DNA from: Candidatus Margulisiibacteriota bacterium
GTDB lineage: Bacteria > Margulisbacteria > WOR-1 > O2-12-FULL-45-9
Direction of reading: 5' to 3'
NCBI GenBank assembly: GCA_043816785.1
Contig: JBDRHP010000017.1
Location: forward strand, 1 to 12,024
Length of the DNA stretch: 12,024 nt
A program made the position numbers and the translations under genes. Below, one piece after another: positions 1 to 8,897 of the stretch. The notes beneath the pieces were generated by a model. That model saw only the letters and a list, made by a program, of their open reading frames with translations, made no database searches and was not told the DNA's origin. Numbering within the stretch: the first letter of the stretch is position 1; each line of letters opens with the position of its first letter.

Positions 1-1441
<1,441 letters not shown>

Positions 1442-1498
1442 GTTTGAAATAGCTCTATCAAAAATTGATTCGAAGTACTCGCATCAATCTCACTGCTT

Positions 1499-1528
1499 AG
1501 TTTTCAAGGTTCTTTCTCTGTTAGAGAA
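1499..1528 (-). promoter_or_regulatory. rrn leader antitermination elements: boxB-like hairpin followed by boxA-like sequence
   Basis: Minus strand reads TTCTCT-AAC-AGAGAA (hairpin, 1528-1514), immediately followed by AGAACCTTGAAAACT (1513-1499). This resembles rrn boxA variants (GAACCTTGAAAA / GTTCTTTGAAAAC) and sits between the promoter and the 16S 5' end. Confidence 0.65.
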
Positions 1529-1659
1529 GTGTACAAAAACATAGAAAAACTCTGTGGAAAAATTTTCTGTGTTTCAATAAACGTGGAGGGGTCAAAGTAC
1601 AATCCCGTATCGGGCACCGAAACTCAACCTGCATCCCTCCTTCCTTTCGGCGATATCTA

Positions 1660-1689
1660 AGTATAATGGATGGGGTGATGATTTGTCAA
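1660..1689 (-). promoter_or_regulatory. sigma70-type promoter of the rRNA operon
   Basis: Minus strand TTGACA (1689-1684), 18 nt spacer, TATACT (1665-1660), about 220 nt upstream of the 16S 5' end. Confidence 0.75.
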
Positions 1690-1696
1690 GCAGATA

Positions 1697-2911
1697 TTAG
1701 AGGTTTTCCAGCAAACGGTAATAATTGGCAAAAAGTTGCGCCAGAGGGTCTTCTGGAGTCCTTTGAGTAACAGCATTATTTAACCTTACTAATATAGCTT
1801 TTGCTTGATCGTGCTTTAACATAATCTCTCCCACGTTCGGAGCTGCTGGGCTAGAGTAAAGCATTTCCATTAGTTCAGTAATTTCCCTGCTAAAAACCAA
1901 AAGCCCGTTTTGCAGATATTGATCAGTTATGATGGCAAAGTTGTTTCTTTGTTCCGGGGCTACTGAAGCCCAGACCTTCTGGAGTGCAGTATCTTCCATT
2001 AAGCTTTTAGGGAGGACTGATTCATCAATGTTGGAAACACTAGCCAAGTCATTGTTTGTAGTGAACGCGGCCAGAGCTTCTGTTAGGTGGGAGATACCTT
2101 TCTCAAGGCTTAGCAACTCTGCTTTATCTTCTGCGAGTGTCCCATCTTCAAGAGCCATGGTTAATATTATTAGCTTTGCTAATTCATTATTCGTTTTGTG
2201 CACGATCCTGCCGGCAAATTGATAATACGGATTATTTATAAAGTCTATTTTTGTTGGATCGGCACCTTGTACCAATAGTGCTTTGGCTGAGGGTGCCACA
2301 CCCCGGACAACCTCAATCGCAGCCTCCAACACAGAAAGAGTAAAAAGATCTGTATCAACACCTTTTTGAATGTAGAGGACACGATGCTCTTTTAGGACAG
2401 AGGAGGCCGGGTTATCGGTTTCTAACAGGTTTGGGCTACCGCTAAAAAGGATAAAGCGGGGCGCTGTTTTTTCGCCTTCTGCTACCAGCCGCTTGATCAA
2501 TTCAGTTCCCTGCAGTTCCGGCATGGACTGATCAGTGATCGCTAGCCTTGGCTTTTCCGTCATGGATCTAAAATCTTTAATTGCTTCCAGCGGGTTAGTG
2601 TGTTTGATAATGTTATAGAACCCTAATTTGTTCAAATGCTTTTCTATGCCGCGCAGGAGCTGGGCAGAATCTTCGACCAGCATGATGGGTAAGGAAAGGG
2701 CTAATGCCTTAAAACCGGTATCCACGACATTAACGATCCTGCGTTCCAGGCCGCTTATTGCCTTATCTAAAGAAGCTGAGCTGATGATGAAATTGGCGGC
2801 GAGTACAGCATGTTTAGCATATTGCCAGGCCTGGATCTTGACGCGGGTTTTCACGCCTAGACTAAGTGCCCAGTTATGGAAGGCTCTTGGGATCATTACT
2901 GAAGCTTTCAT
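1697..2911 (-). CDS. Response-regulator receiver (REC) domain protein with N-terminal extension and helical C-terminal region containing an H-box-like segment
   Basis: 404 aa ORF. REC hallmarks: IMLVEDS (acidic pocket), AITDQSMPELQG (phospho-Asp, DxxMP), ILFSG (Ser) and YIQKG (Lys). Downstream AGRIVHKTNNELAKL resembles a HisKA H-box. Confidence 0.8.
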   Translation of the reverse strand: MKASVMIPRAFHNWALSLGVKTRVKIQAWQYAKHAVLAANFIISSASLDKAISGLERRIVNVVDTGFKALALSLPIMLVEDSAQLLRGIEKHLNKLGFYNIIKHTNPLEAIKDFRSMTEKPRLAITDQSMPELQGTELIKRLVAEGEKTAPRFILFSGSPNLLETDNPASSVLKEHRVLYIQKGVDTDLFTLSVLEAAIEVVRGVAPSAKALLVQGADPTKIDFINNPYYQFAGRIVHKTNNELAKLIILTMALEDGTLAEDKAELLSLEKGISHLTEALAAFTTNNDLASVSNIDESVLPKSLMEDTALQKVWASVAPEQRNNFAIITDQYLQNGLLVFSREITELMEMLYSSPAAPNVGEIMLKHDQAKAILVRLNNAVTQRTPEDPLAQLFANYYRLLENL

Positions 2912-2919
2912 GCGAATAT

Positions 2920-2947
2920 TTGTCGTGAATTGTTTAGATCGATTTCA
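2920..2947 (-). promoter_or_regulatory. Putative alternative-sigma promoter motif, copy 1 (TGAAAT-N15-ACGACAA)
   Basis: TGAAAT at 2947-2942, 15 nt spacer, ACGACAA at 2926-2920, then 8 nt to the ATG at 2911. Same geometry as the copies at 3655-3682 and 6072-6099. Confidence 0.65.
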
Positions 2948-2954
2948 CTTATAT

Positions 2955-3632
2955 TTACATTAATTGCGGACCGGCGTCTGCGGTGAAGACCTGGGGGCGG
3001 TTGCTGGTGGATGGCGAAAAGAGGATAGCAAGGGTTGAAATGAAAACAGACTTTTCTTCAGCAATACCAAATGCAATGATTCGGGTGACAAATTCGCTCC
3101 TGTTTTCCGTGATCAGGCCTAAACCAATGTCTGAGATCGGATGACCGGTCCTGGTATCTCTGATTACCGGACGGTTATGGGCTTGCCAGTGCAGTTCCAA
3201 AGGGATGCCCAGCGCGCTAATGCTGTTAACCAGTCTCTCGCTTGCGGCTAAAAGGGTTTCTCGGCAAGTTTTATTAGCCAGGCCGGCGATCCAGAGGTTG
3301 GTTCTTGTAGGAGGGCTTGGCATATTACTCATAAATAGATTTATCTCGTGATCGCTGACATCGCTTGTGAAATGGCCGGCCCGCGCTTCTGTGATCTTTC
3401 CTGCCTCGTTTTTTGCGGTTGCGGCGATAAAAACGCAAGGACCAAGAGTGGCAGTTATCCAGGTCGGGGCCTGATCAGAAAATCTATCGTGACCAAATGA
3501 CACGGTGGTTGGCATAAGGGTAAGTTTTGTGCTCTGATCCCTTAGTCGCTGGTGGCCAGCCAAAGGGTTATGGCTCACGGCTTGAACCGCGGATCTAAGC
3601 TGGGCTGGGTAATGGGCAATTTGTTCTATCAT
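2955..3632 (-). CDS. Hypothetical protein with CheD/CNF1-like deamidase motifs
   Basis: 225 aa ORF. TATLGPCVFIA followed about 20 aa later by AGHF matches the CheD-type LGSCV...GxxH Cys-His dyad pattern. AGGA lies about 10 nt upstream of the ATG. Confidence 0.6.
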   Translation of the reverse strand: MIEQIAHYPAQLRSAVQAVSHNPLAGHQRLRDQSTKLTLMPTTVSFGHDRFSDQAPTWITATLGPCVFIAATAKNEAGKITEARAGHFTSDVSDHEINLFMSNMPSPPTRTNLWIAGLANKTCRETLLAASERLVNSISALGIPLELHWQAHNRPVIRDTRTGHPISDIGLGLITENRSEFVTRIIAFGIAEEKSVFISTLAILFSPSTSNRPQVFTADAGPQLM

Positions 3633-3654
3633 TATTGTGATTTCCTACAGAATA

Positions 3655-3682
3655 TTCTCGTCAAATCTTTCGGAATATTTCA
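3655..3682 (-). promoter_or_regulatory. Putative alternative-sigma promoter motif, copy 2 (TGAAAT-N15-ACGAGAA)
   Basis: TGAAAT at 3682-3677, 15 nt spacer, ACGAGAA at 3661-3655, upstream of the ATG at 3632. Shares flanks AAG and TATTC with copy 1. Confidence 0.65.
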
Positions 3683-3687
3683 CTTTG

Positions 3688-3696
3688 TGTTAGAAT
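3688..3696 (+). promoter_or_regulatory. Extended -10 promoter (TGnTAGAAT) of the M23 peptidase gene, likely leaderless
   Basis: TGTTAGAAT ends 6 nt before the ATG at 3703; no Shine-Dalgarno sequence in between. Confidence 0.5.
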
Positions 3697-3702
3697 GAAG
3701 TC

Positions 3703-4557
3703 ATGATAAGGACATTACTTATTTTATTTGTCCTAAGCCTATTAACACCGGCGGGCTTCTGCGCAGAGCAGAGCTTTGATCTTGCTGTGTACCCAACGGT
3801 CGCCTGGCAGGGTAAGGTTGTGGCTGTCAGGCTTATTTCAGCCGAAAGTGTTAGTGAAGTAAGTGGCTCGTTCCTGGGGAATAAATTTAATTGTTATAGG
3901 AGTGGTGATGATTATCAAGGAGTTGTTGGTGTGCCGATCGATCAAAAAGTCGGCCATTATGACCTAAAATTATTTATCACTAAAAATGACGGAACAAAAA
4001 CCGAAATAAGCAAAAAAATGAAAGTCTGGGAGACAAGATTTCCTTTTTCCAGGTTTTGGCTTAAGCCAGCCCGGAACAAATTAAGAGCAAGAAATATCAT
4101 TAATAACGAATGGGCAGAGATCGAACAAGTTTTGCAAGTTGAGGGACAGGAGAAGCTCTGGCAAGGTAAATTCAGCTGGCCGGTTAAGGCGCGGGTTTCC
4201 CAGGGTTTTGGCCACCGGGAAATTATCAATGGCAAAAGGGCAGGTAATCATCGGGGCCTGGATATCGCTGTTATCAGCGGGACGAAAATTATTGCGCCCA
4301 ATAGCGCCAAAGTTGTCTTTGCCAAGAGGCTCAAGGCTTTTGGCGGGACACTGGTTTTAGATCATGGTCAGGGAATTCACACATTGTATTTTCATCTTTC
4401 AAAGTTAATTGCCAAGGTTGGGGACGAGGTTGGAAAAGGTGAGCTGATCGCCTTGAGCGGAAATTCCGGCATATCTTCCGGCGCGCATCTGCATTGGGGC
4501 ATGTCAGTGCACAATTTGCGGGTAGACCCGTTGCAATGGACTAAATATGAAATCTAA
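3703..4557 (+). CDS. M23 family metallopeptidase (peptidoglycan endopeptidase) with signal peptide
   Basis: N-terminal hydrophobic signal (MIRTLLILFVLSLL). C-terminal M23 motifs WPV..VSQGFG, HRGLD (HxxxD), YFHLS and GNSG.SSGAHLHW (HxH). Confidence 0.95.
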   Translation: MIRTLLILFVLSLLTPAGFCAEQSFDLAVYPTVAWQGKVVAVRLISAESVSEVSGSFLGNKFNCYRSGDDYQGVVGVPIDQKVGHYDLKLFITKNDGTKTEISKKMKVWETRFPFSRFWLKPARNKLRARNIINNEWAEIEQVLQVEGQEKLWQGKFSWPVKARVSQGFGHREIINGKRAGNHRGLDIAVISGTKIIAPNSAKVVFAKRLKAFGGTLVLDHGQGIHTLYFHLSKLIAKVGDEVGKGELIALSGNSGISSGAHLHWGMSVHNLRVDPLQWTKYEI

Positions 4558-4954
4558 AGTTGAAAGAATAATTGATGCCAATATTAATCGGGCGGTGGAA
4601 GGATTGCGGGTGATGGAAGAAGTGGCGCGATTTGTTGTTGAGGCTAAGAAGATGACGGAGCAGCTCAAAAAAATGCGCTCTAGAGTAAGAAAGCTGGCGA
4701 AACAGTTTGCTGGGATCAAACAAAGAAAAGCCTTAACTGATGTTGGCAACAAACTTTATACCAAAAGTGAGAAAAAGAGAAAGACAATTAAGGATGTCGT
4801 GGTGGCGAATGCTAAAAGAGTTCAGGAGGCTTTGCGGGTTCTGGAGGAGTTTTCCAAATTGATCAAACCTAGTTTGGGAAAGTCCTTCAAAACTATTCGC
4901 TTTAAGGTTTATGATCTGGAACAAAAAATTTATCAAGCTCTGACCGCTATTTGA
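4547..4954 (+). CDS. ThiD2-type helical domain protein (domain found N-terminal to cyanobacterial-type ThiE), stand-alone
   Basis: Duplicated motif RIIDANINRAVEGLRVMEEVARF ... ANAKRVQEALRVLEEFSK ... IRFKVYDLE is characteristic of this domain. Overlaps the upstream gene by 11 nt; no ThiE barrel follows. Confidence 0.85.
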   Translation: MKSKVERIIDANINRAVEGLRVMEEVARFVVEAKKMTEQLKKMRSRVRKLAKQFAGIKQRKALTDVGNKLYTKSEKKRKTIKDVVVANAKRVQEALRVLEEFSKLIKPSLGKSFKTIRFKVYDLEQKIYQALTAI

Positions 4955-5005
4955 CGCAGCTTTATGATTTTTGCTATAATCGCGGGGTTAATCTAAAGTA
5001 AGGAG
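4951..5005 (+). promoter_or_regulatory. sigma70 promoter and ribosome-binding site of leuB
   Basis: TTGACG (4951-4956), 18 nt spacer, TATAAT (4975-4980) preceded by TGn. AGGAG at 5001-5005 lies 8 nt before the ATG at 5014. Confidence 0.75.
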
Positions 5006-5013
5006 TTTTAAAA

Positions 5014-6066
5014 ATGACTTATAAAATTGCACTGATTGGGGGAGACGGTACCGGACCAGAGGTGGTGGCTGAAGGGTTAAAAGTCTTAAAAGCCGTGTCC
5101 AAGAAGCATAAATTCGATTATAAGCTGGAGGAATTTGATTTTTCCGGTAAAAGATATCTCAAGTTCGGTGAGTTGGTCAGTGATAAGGATATCGAAAAGC
5201 TCAAGACTTTTGATACCATCTATCTGGGCGCTGTTGGCGACCCGGAGGTTAAACCAGGCATTCTTGAGCATGGTGTGCTTCTGCGCATCAGATTTGCTTT
5301 AGATCAATACATCAATCTGCGGCCGGTCATTCTTTATCCTAATGTTGATACTCCGATCAAGGACAAGGGCCCTAAAGAGATCGATTTTGTCGTTGTGCGT
5401 GAGAATACCGAGGGCCTTTATGCCGGCACCGGCGGTTATCTGAGAAAAGGCACTCCGGATGAAATCGCGACCCAGGTATCGGTCAATACCCGAAAAGGCG
5501 TTGAGCGCTGCCTCAGGTACGCGTTCGAATATACCAAAAAGCGCAATAAACGAAAACAGCTAACTCTCGTCGGAAAAACCAATGTTCTGACCTATGCTTT
5601 CGACCTTTGGGAAAGAGCTTTTCATGAGATCGGGCAAAAAGATTATCCTGAGATCAAGCGCGAATATGCCCACGTTGACGCGACCTGTATGTGGTTCGTT
5701 AAGAACCCGGAATGGTTCGATGTCATTGTCACTGACAATATGTTCGGCGATATCATCACTGACCTGGGTGCGATGATCCAGGGCGGCATGGGTATTGCGG
5801 CCGGCGGCAACATCAATCCTGAAGGCGTATCCATGTTCGAACCGATCGGTGGTTCAGCGCCTAAATACACCGGCAAGAACGTGATCAATCCTTTAGCTGC
5901 GATAGGCGCCATGCAGATGCTGCTGGAAGAGCTTGGGGAAGACAAGGCCGCGGCTGATATTGATAAGGCTATTAGACATACCTGCACCCAGATGAAGTCT
6001 ATGTCTGCTGGTAAAATGGGCATGTCAACTACTGAAGTTGGGGATACGGTCGTAAAAAGTATCTAG
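5014..6066 (+). CDS. leuB: 3-isopropylmalate dehydrogenase
   Basis: GDGTGPEV, LLRIRFALDQYINLRP, VVRENTEGLY, NMFGDIITDL, SMFEPIGGSAP and NPLAAI motifs of the IPMDH family; leuCD nearby. Confidence 0.93.
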   Translation: MTYKIALIGGDGTGPEVVAEGLKVLKAVSKKHKFDYKLEEFDFSGKRYLKFGELVSDKDIEKLKTFDTIYLGAVGDPEVKPGILEHGVLLRIRFALDQYINLRPVILYPNVDTPIKDKGPKEIDFVVVRENTEGLYAGTGGYLRKGTPDEIATQVSVNTRKGVERCLRYAFEYTKKRNKRKQLTLVGKTNVLTYAFDLWERAFHEIGQKDYPEIKREYAHVDATCMWFVKNPEWFDVIVTDNMFGDIITDLGAMIQGGMGIAAGGNINPEGVSMFEPIGGSAPKYTGKNVINPLAAIGAMQMLLEELGEDKAAADIDKAIRHTCTQMKSMSAGKMGMSTTEVGDTVVKSI

Positions 6067-6071
6067 CTAGC

Positions 6072-6099
6072 TGAAATCACGCCTTTTTCTTCTCGATAA
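6072..6099 (+). promoter_or_regulatory. Putative alternative-sigma promoter motif, copy 3 (TGAAAT-N15-TCGATAA)
   Basis: TGAAAT at 6072-6077, 15 nt spacer, TCGATAA at 6093-6099, then 6 nt to the ATG at 6106. Confidence 0.65.
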
Positions 6100-6105
6100 G
6101 AGGGC

Positions 6106-7158
6106 ATGACTGCCATACCTTTAATGCGTGCCTGTGAAAGGCGTTTCCTGCCAAAATTGTACTCTCAATTACCTGCGAACAGAATGAGGCATATTCGCGC
6201 GGTCAATAATGCTTTTGCTGCTATTGTCGACGGTAATTATGGCCGGTTATTTGACGCGCTCCAGCCTTGTATCCGCAATGAAACTGCTTTTGAACCTTAT
6301 TGCCGTACTCTGGCAGGAGTTAGAAGACAATATCAATATCTTTCCGCACAGGACAAAACTGACCTGGCAACAGCAGTTGCGCTGCACGATATTGGTTATT
6401 TACGGGATCAGGGTATCGATCATAATGTGGAAGGCGCCAAAATGGTCTCTGAATTCCTGATGACCAATGGCATTTATGGCGTTGACCGCATGGCGGTCTC
6501 AGAAATGATCAATGCTCATGGATTGCTAATCGATGCCACAGCCCAATTTCTGCCCAGTGACCTGAGGCAATATTCACCCACAAGAAAGACCCAATTATTG
6601 GTCCTGGGGATAGCTGATTGTGTTGGCAAGCCCAGCGGCAGCAACCTGTCGCAGCGCGTGCTCAACACTTTGATTAACATGAAAAATGGTGTTTATGAAG
6701 ATCCTCAGAAATTCTTTGATCTAAGATTGCGTTCCCTGTTGGGTCCGACAAATTTTTCTTATATCGAGAGCAATGTTGTCTATAATTCCTTAAAGGAGAC
6801 CATTGATGCGAGCCTGGCGCCTGAACAAAAGGCCAGCCTGATCAAGAATGTGGCGAACCGTTTCAGGAACATGTGCTGGCCGGTATTTCAGGAATTGGTC
6901 ATGAACCATCAGGGGATCAGGCAATATTTGATCATCCTTGATCGTCTGGCCGGGGTGGCTGATACTGAGTTTCCTGATAAAAGATCGGTTCGGCTGGAGT
7001 TTTTCCCTGATTTTTTTATGCTGAGCAGCGAACAGCGCCAGCCATATATTGCAGCGCTCAAGGCTAATCCAAAAGGCCGTTATTTGATGGTCTATGAAAT
7101 GTGGGATACTGGGGTCATTAGCCTGGATCTTAACCGGTTGGTCTCAGCGCCTTTTTGA
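6106..7158 (+). CDS. HD-domain metal-dependent phosphohydrolase-like protein
   Basis: 350 aa ORF with H (RHIRAV), HD (AVALHDIGY), H (DHNVEGA), H (INAHG) and D (IAD) in HD-superfamily order. C-terminal half not recognised. Confidence 0.8.
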   Translation: MTAIPLMRACERRFLPKLYSQLPANRMRHIRAVNNAFAAIVDGNYGRLFDALQPCIRNETAFEPYCRTLAGVRRQYQYLSAQDKTDLATAVALHDIGYLRDQGIDHNVEGAKMVSEFLMTNGIYGVDRMAVSEMINAHGLLIDATAQFLPSDLRQYSPTRKTQLLVLGIADCVGKPSGSNLSQRVLNTLINMKNGVYEDPQKFFDLRLRSLLGPTNFSYIESNVVYNSLKETIDASLAPEQKASLIKNVANRFRNMCWPVFQELVMNHQGIRQYLIILDRLAGVADTEFPDKRSVRLEFFPDFFMLSSEQRQPYIAALKANPKGRYLMVYEMWDTGVISLDLNRLVSAPF

Positions 7159-7632
7159 CTTTTTGATGTAATTGATCAGGCCGCCTGCCTTGATCAGTTT
7201 CTGCATGAATGGCGGGAAAGGCTGAGCGTAGTAGATCATTTTTGAACTCACGTTCTTTATCTCACCTTTAGCCAGGTCCACCTCGATCTTATCGCCTTCT
7301 TTTATCTCATTGGCCGCTTCCTCTGATTCCATGATCGGCAAGCCGATATTGATGGCGTTGCGGTAGAAGATCCTGGCAAATGATTTGGCTATAATGGCAG
7401 AAACGCCAGCAGCTTTGAGGGCAATTGGCGCGTGCTCGCGGGATGAGCCGCAGCCAAAATTTTCACCAGCTACGATGAAATCACCTTTTTCCTTCTTGCT
7501 GACCCAATTAGGATCTGCGTCTTCCATGCAGTGCTCTGCCAGTTCTGAGGGATCAGAAGTGTTCAAATATCTGGCTGGGATGATCAGGTCAGTATCAATA
7601 TTATCGCCAAATTTCCAGACTTTGCCTTGCAT
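7144..7632 (-). CDS. leuD: 3-isopropylmalate dehydratase small subunit
   Basis: [27 protein letters not shown] and [16 protein letters not shown] motifs. GGAGG RBS; TAATG stop/start overlap with leuC. Confidence 0.97.
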   Translation of the reverse strand: MQGKVWKFGDNIDTDLIIPARYLNTSDPSELAEHCMEDADPNWVSKKEKGDFIVAGENFGCGSSREHAPIALKAAGVSAIIAKSFARIFYRNAINIGLPIMESEEAANEIKEGDKIEVDLAKGEIKNVSSKMIYYAQPFPPFMQKLIKAGGLINYIKKSKRR

Positions 7633-8891
7633 TAAAGTGCCTCCGGACTGACAATATGACCGGCAATAGCTGAAGCCGCTGCCACAGCCACGTTTGAAAG
7701 ATAAACTTCTGATTTTGGATGGCCCATTCTACCGACAAAGTTTCGATTTGTCGTGGCAATTGATCTTTCACCTTCAGCCAGGATGCCCATATGGCCGCCA
7801 AGGCATGGTCCGCAGGTTGGGGTAGACACTACACAGCCAGCTTTAATTAGGGTTTCTGTTATGCCTTCCCTGATCATTTGCATAGATATTTCTTGAGTGC
7901 CGGGAAGAATAATGCATCTAAGATCGCGATGGATCTTTTTATTTTTAAGGATCTTGGCGGCGACTCTCATGTCTTCGATCCTTCCATTAGTGCAGGAGCC
8001 GATTACGGATTGGTTAATCTTTATGTTTTTGCATTTACTGACTGGGTTGGTATTGCTGGGCAGGTGAGGGAAGGCAACCTGCGGCTCAATTTTTGAAACA
8101 TCCCAATCGTAAACCATTTTATAGTTAGCGCCAGGATCTGACTTGTAAACTATGCCTTGGCCAGCTTTAGTTTTTTTGAGATAAGCTTGGGTCTTTTCAT
8201 CAGCCTCAAAAATGCCGTTCTTGCCGCCAGCTTCAATTGCCATGTTAGCGATGGTAAGACGACCTTCAACAGAAAGCTTTCTGATGACCGGGCCAGTAAA
8301 TTCCATTGACATGTACCTGGCGCCGTCAACGCCAATTTGACCAATCGTATATAGAATAAGGTCTTTAGCTTCGACCCATTTGGCCAGGTTGCCCTTAAAT
8401 ACGAACTTAAGCTGTTCAGGGACTTTAAGCCAAACTTCACCTGTGGCCATGGCTGCAGCCATGTCAGTGGAGCCAACACCGGTTGAAAAAGCGCCCAGCG
8501 CGCCGTAAGTACAGGTATGGGAATCAGCGCCAATCACCAGATCACCAGCTTTAATCGCGCCCATCTCAGGCAGCAGGGCATGTTCAATGCCCATGCAGCC
8601 GATCTCAAAGAAATTGACAATGCCGTATTTTTTAGCAAACTCACGCATCATCTTGACCTGCTGGGCGGATTTAATATCTTTGGCTGGAGTAAAATGGTCT
8701 GGCACCAGATAGATCTTGTTTTTATCAAAAACTTTTCTAACCCCAATCTTGGCAAATTGCTTGATTGCCGGAGGGCTGGTGATGTCATTCCCCAGGACTA
8801 GATCGACTTTGCAGCTGATCAGTTGTCCTGGTCCCACTTTTTTCAGTCCTGCGTGTTTAGCGAGTATTTTTTGTGTAATTGTTTGCGACAT
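7632..8891 (-). CDS. leuC: 3-isopropylmalate dehydratase large subunit (short LeuC/HacA type)
   Basis: [37 protein letters not shown] and [11 protein letters not shown] aconitase-family motifs; coupled to leuD. Confidence 0.97.
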   Translation of the reverse strand: MSQTITQKILAKHAGLKKVGPGQLISCKVDLVLGNDITSPPAIKQFAKIGVRKVFDKNKIYLVPDHFTPAKDIKSAQQVKMMREFAKKYGIVNFFEIGCMGIEHALLPEMGAIKAGDLVIGADSHTCTYGALGAFSTGVGSTDMAAAMATGEVWLKVPEQLKFVFKGNLAKWVEAKDLILYTIGQIGVDGARYMSMEFTGPVIRKLSVEGRLTIANMAIEAGGKNGIFEADEKTQAYLKKTKAGQGIVYKSDPGANYKMVYDWDVSKIEPQVAFPHLPSNTNPVSKCKNIKINQSVIGSCTNGRIEDMRVAAKILKNKKIHRDLRCIILPGTQEISMQMIREGITETLIKAGCVVSTPTCGPCLGGHMGILAEGERSIATTNRNFVGRMGHPKSEVYLSNVAVAAASAIAGHIVSPEAL

Positions 8892-8897
8892 GATGGC

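Noticed and set aside
1445..1475. Fourth TGAAAT...CGA match near the 16S 5' end
   Set aside because: The spacing is 4 nt too long, it is antisense to the rRNA, and no gene lies downstream.
1584..1640. tRNA-like element (GGAGGG...CCCTCCA acceptor-like stem on the minus strand)
   Set aside because: Only about 57 nt long, with no TTC T-loop, D-arm or anticodon arm.
1697..3632. Canonical chemotaxis operon (cheY/cheD)
   Set aside because: No cheA, cheW, cheB, cheR or MCP genes; both proteins are too long or divergent for these symbols.
4981..5013. Leucine attenuator or T-box upstream of leu genes
   Set aside because: The leuB leader is about 30 nt and leuC has essentially none; no Leu-rich leader peptide or terminator is present.
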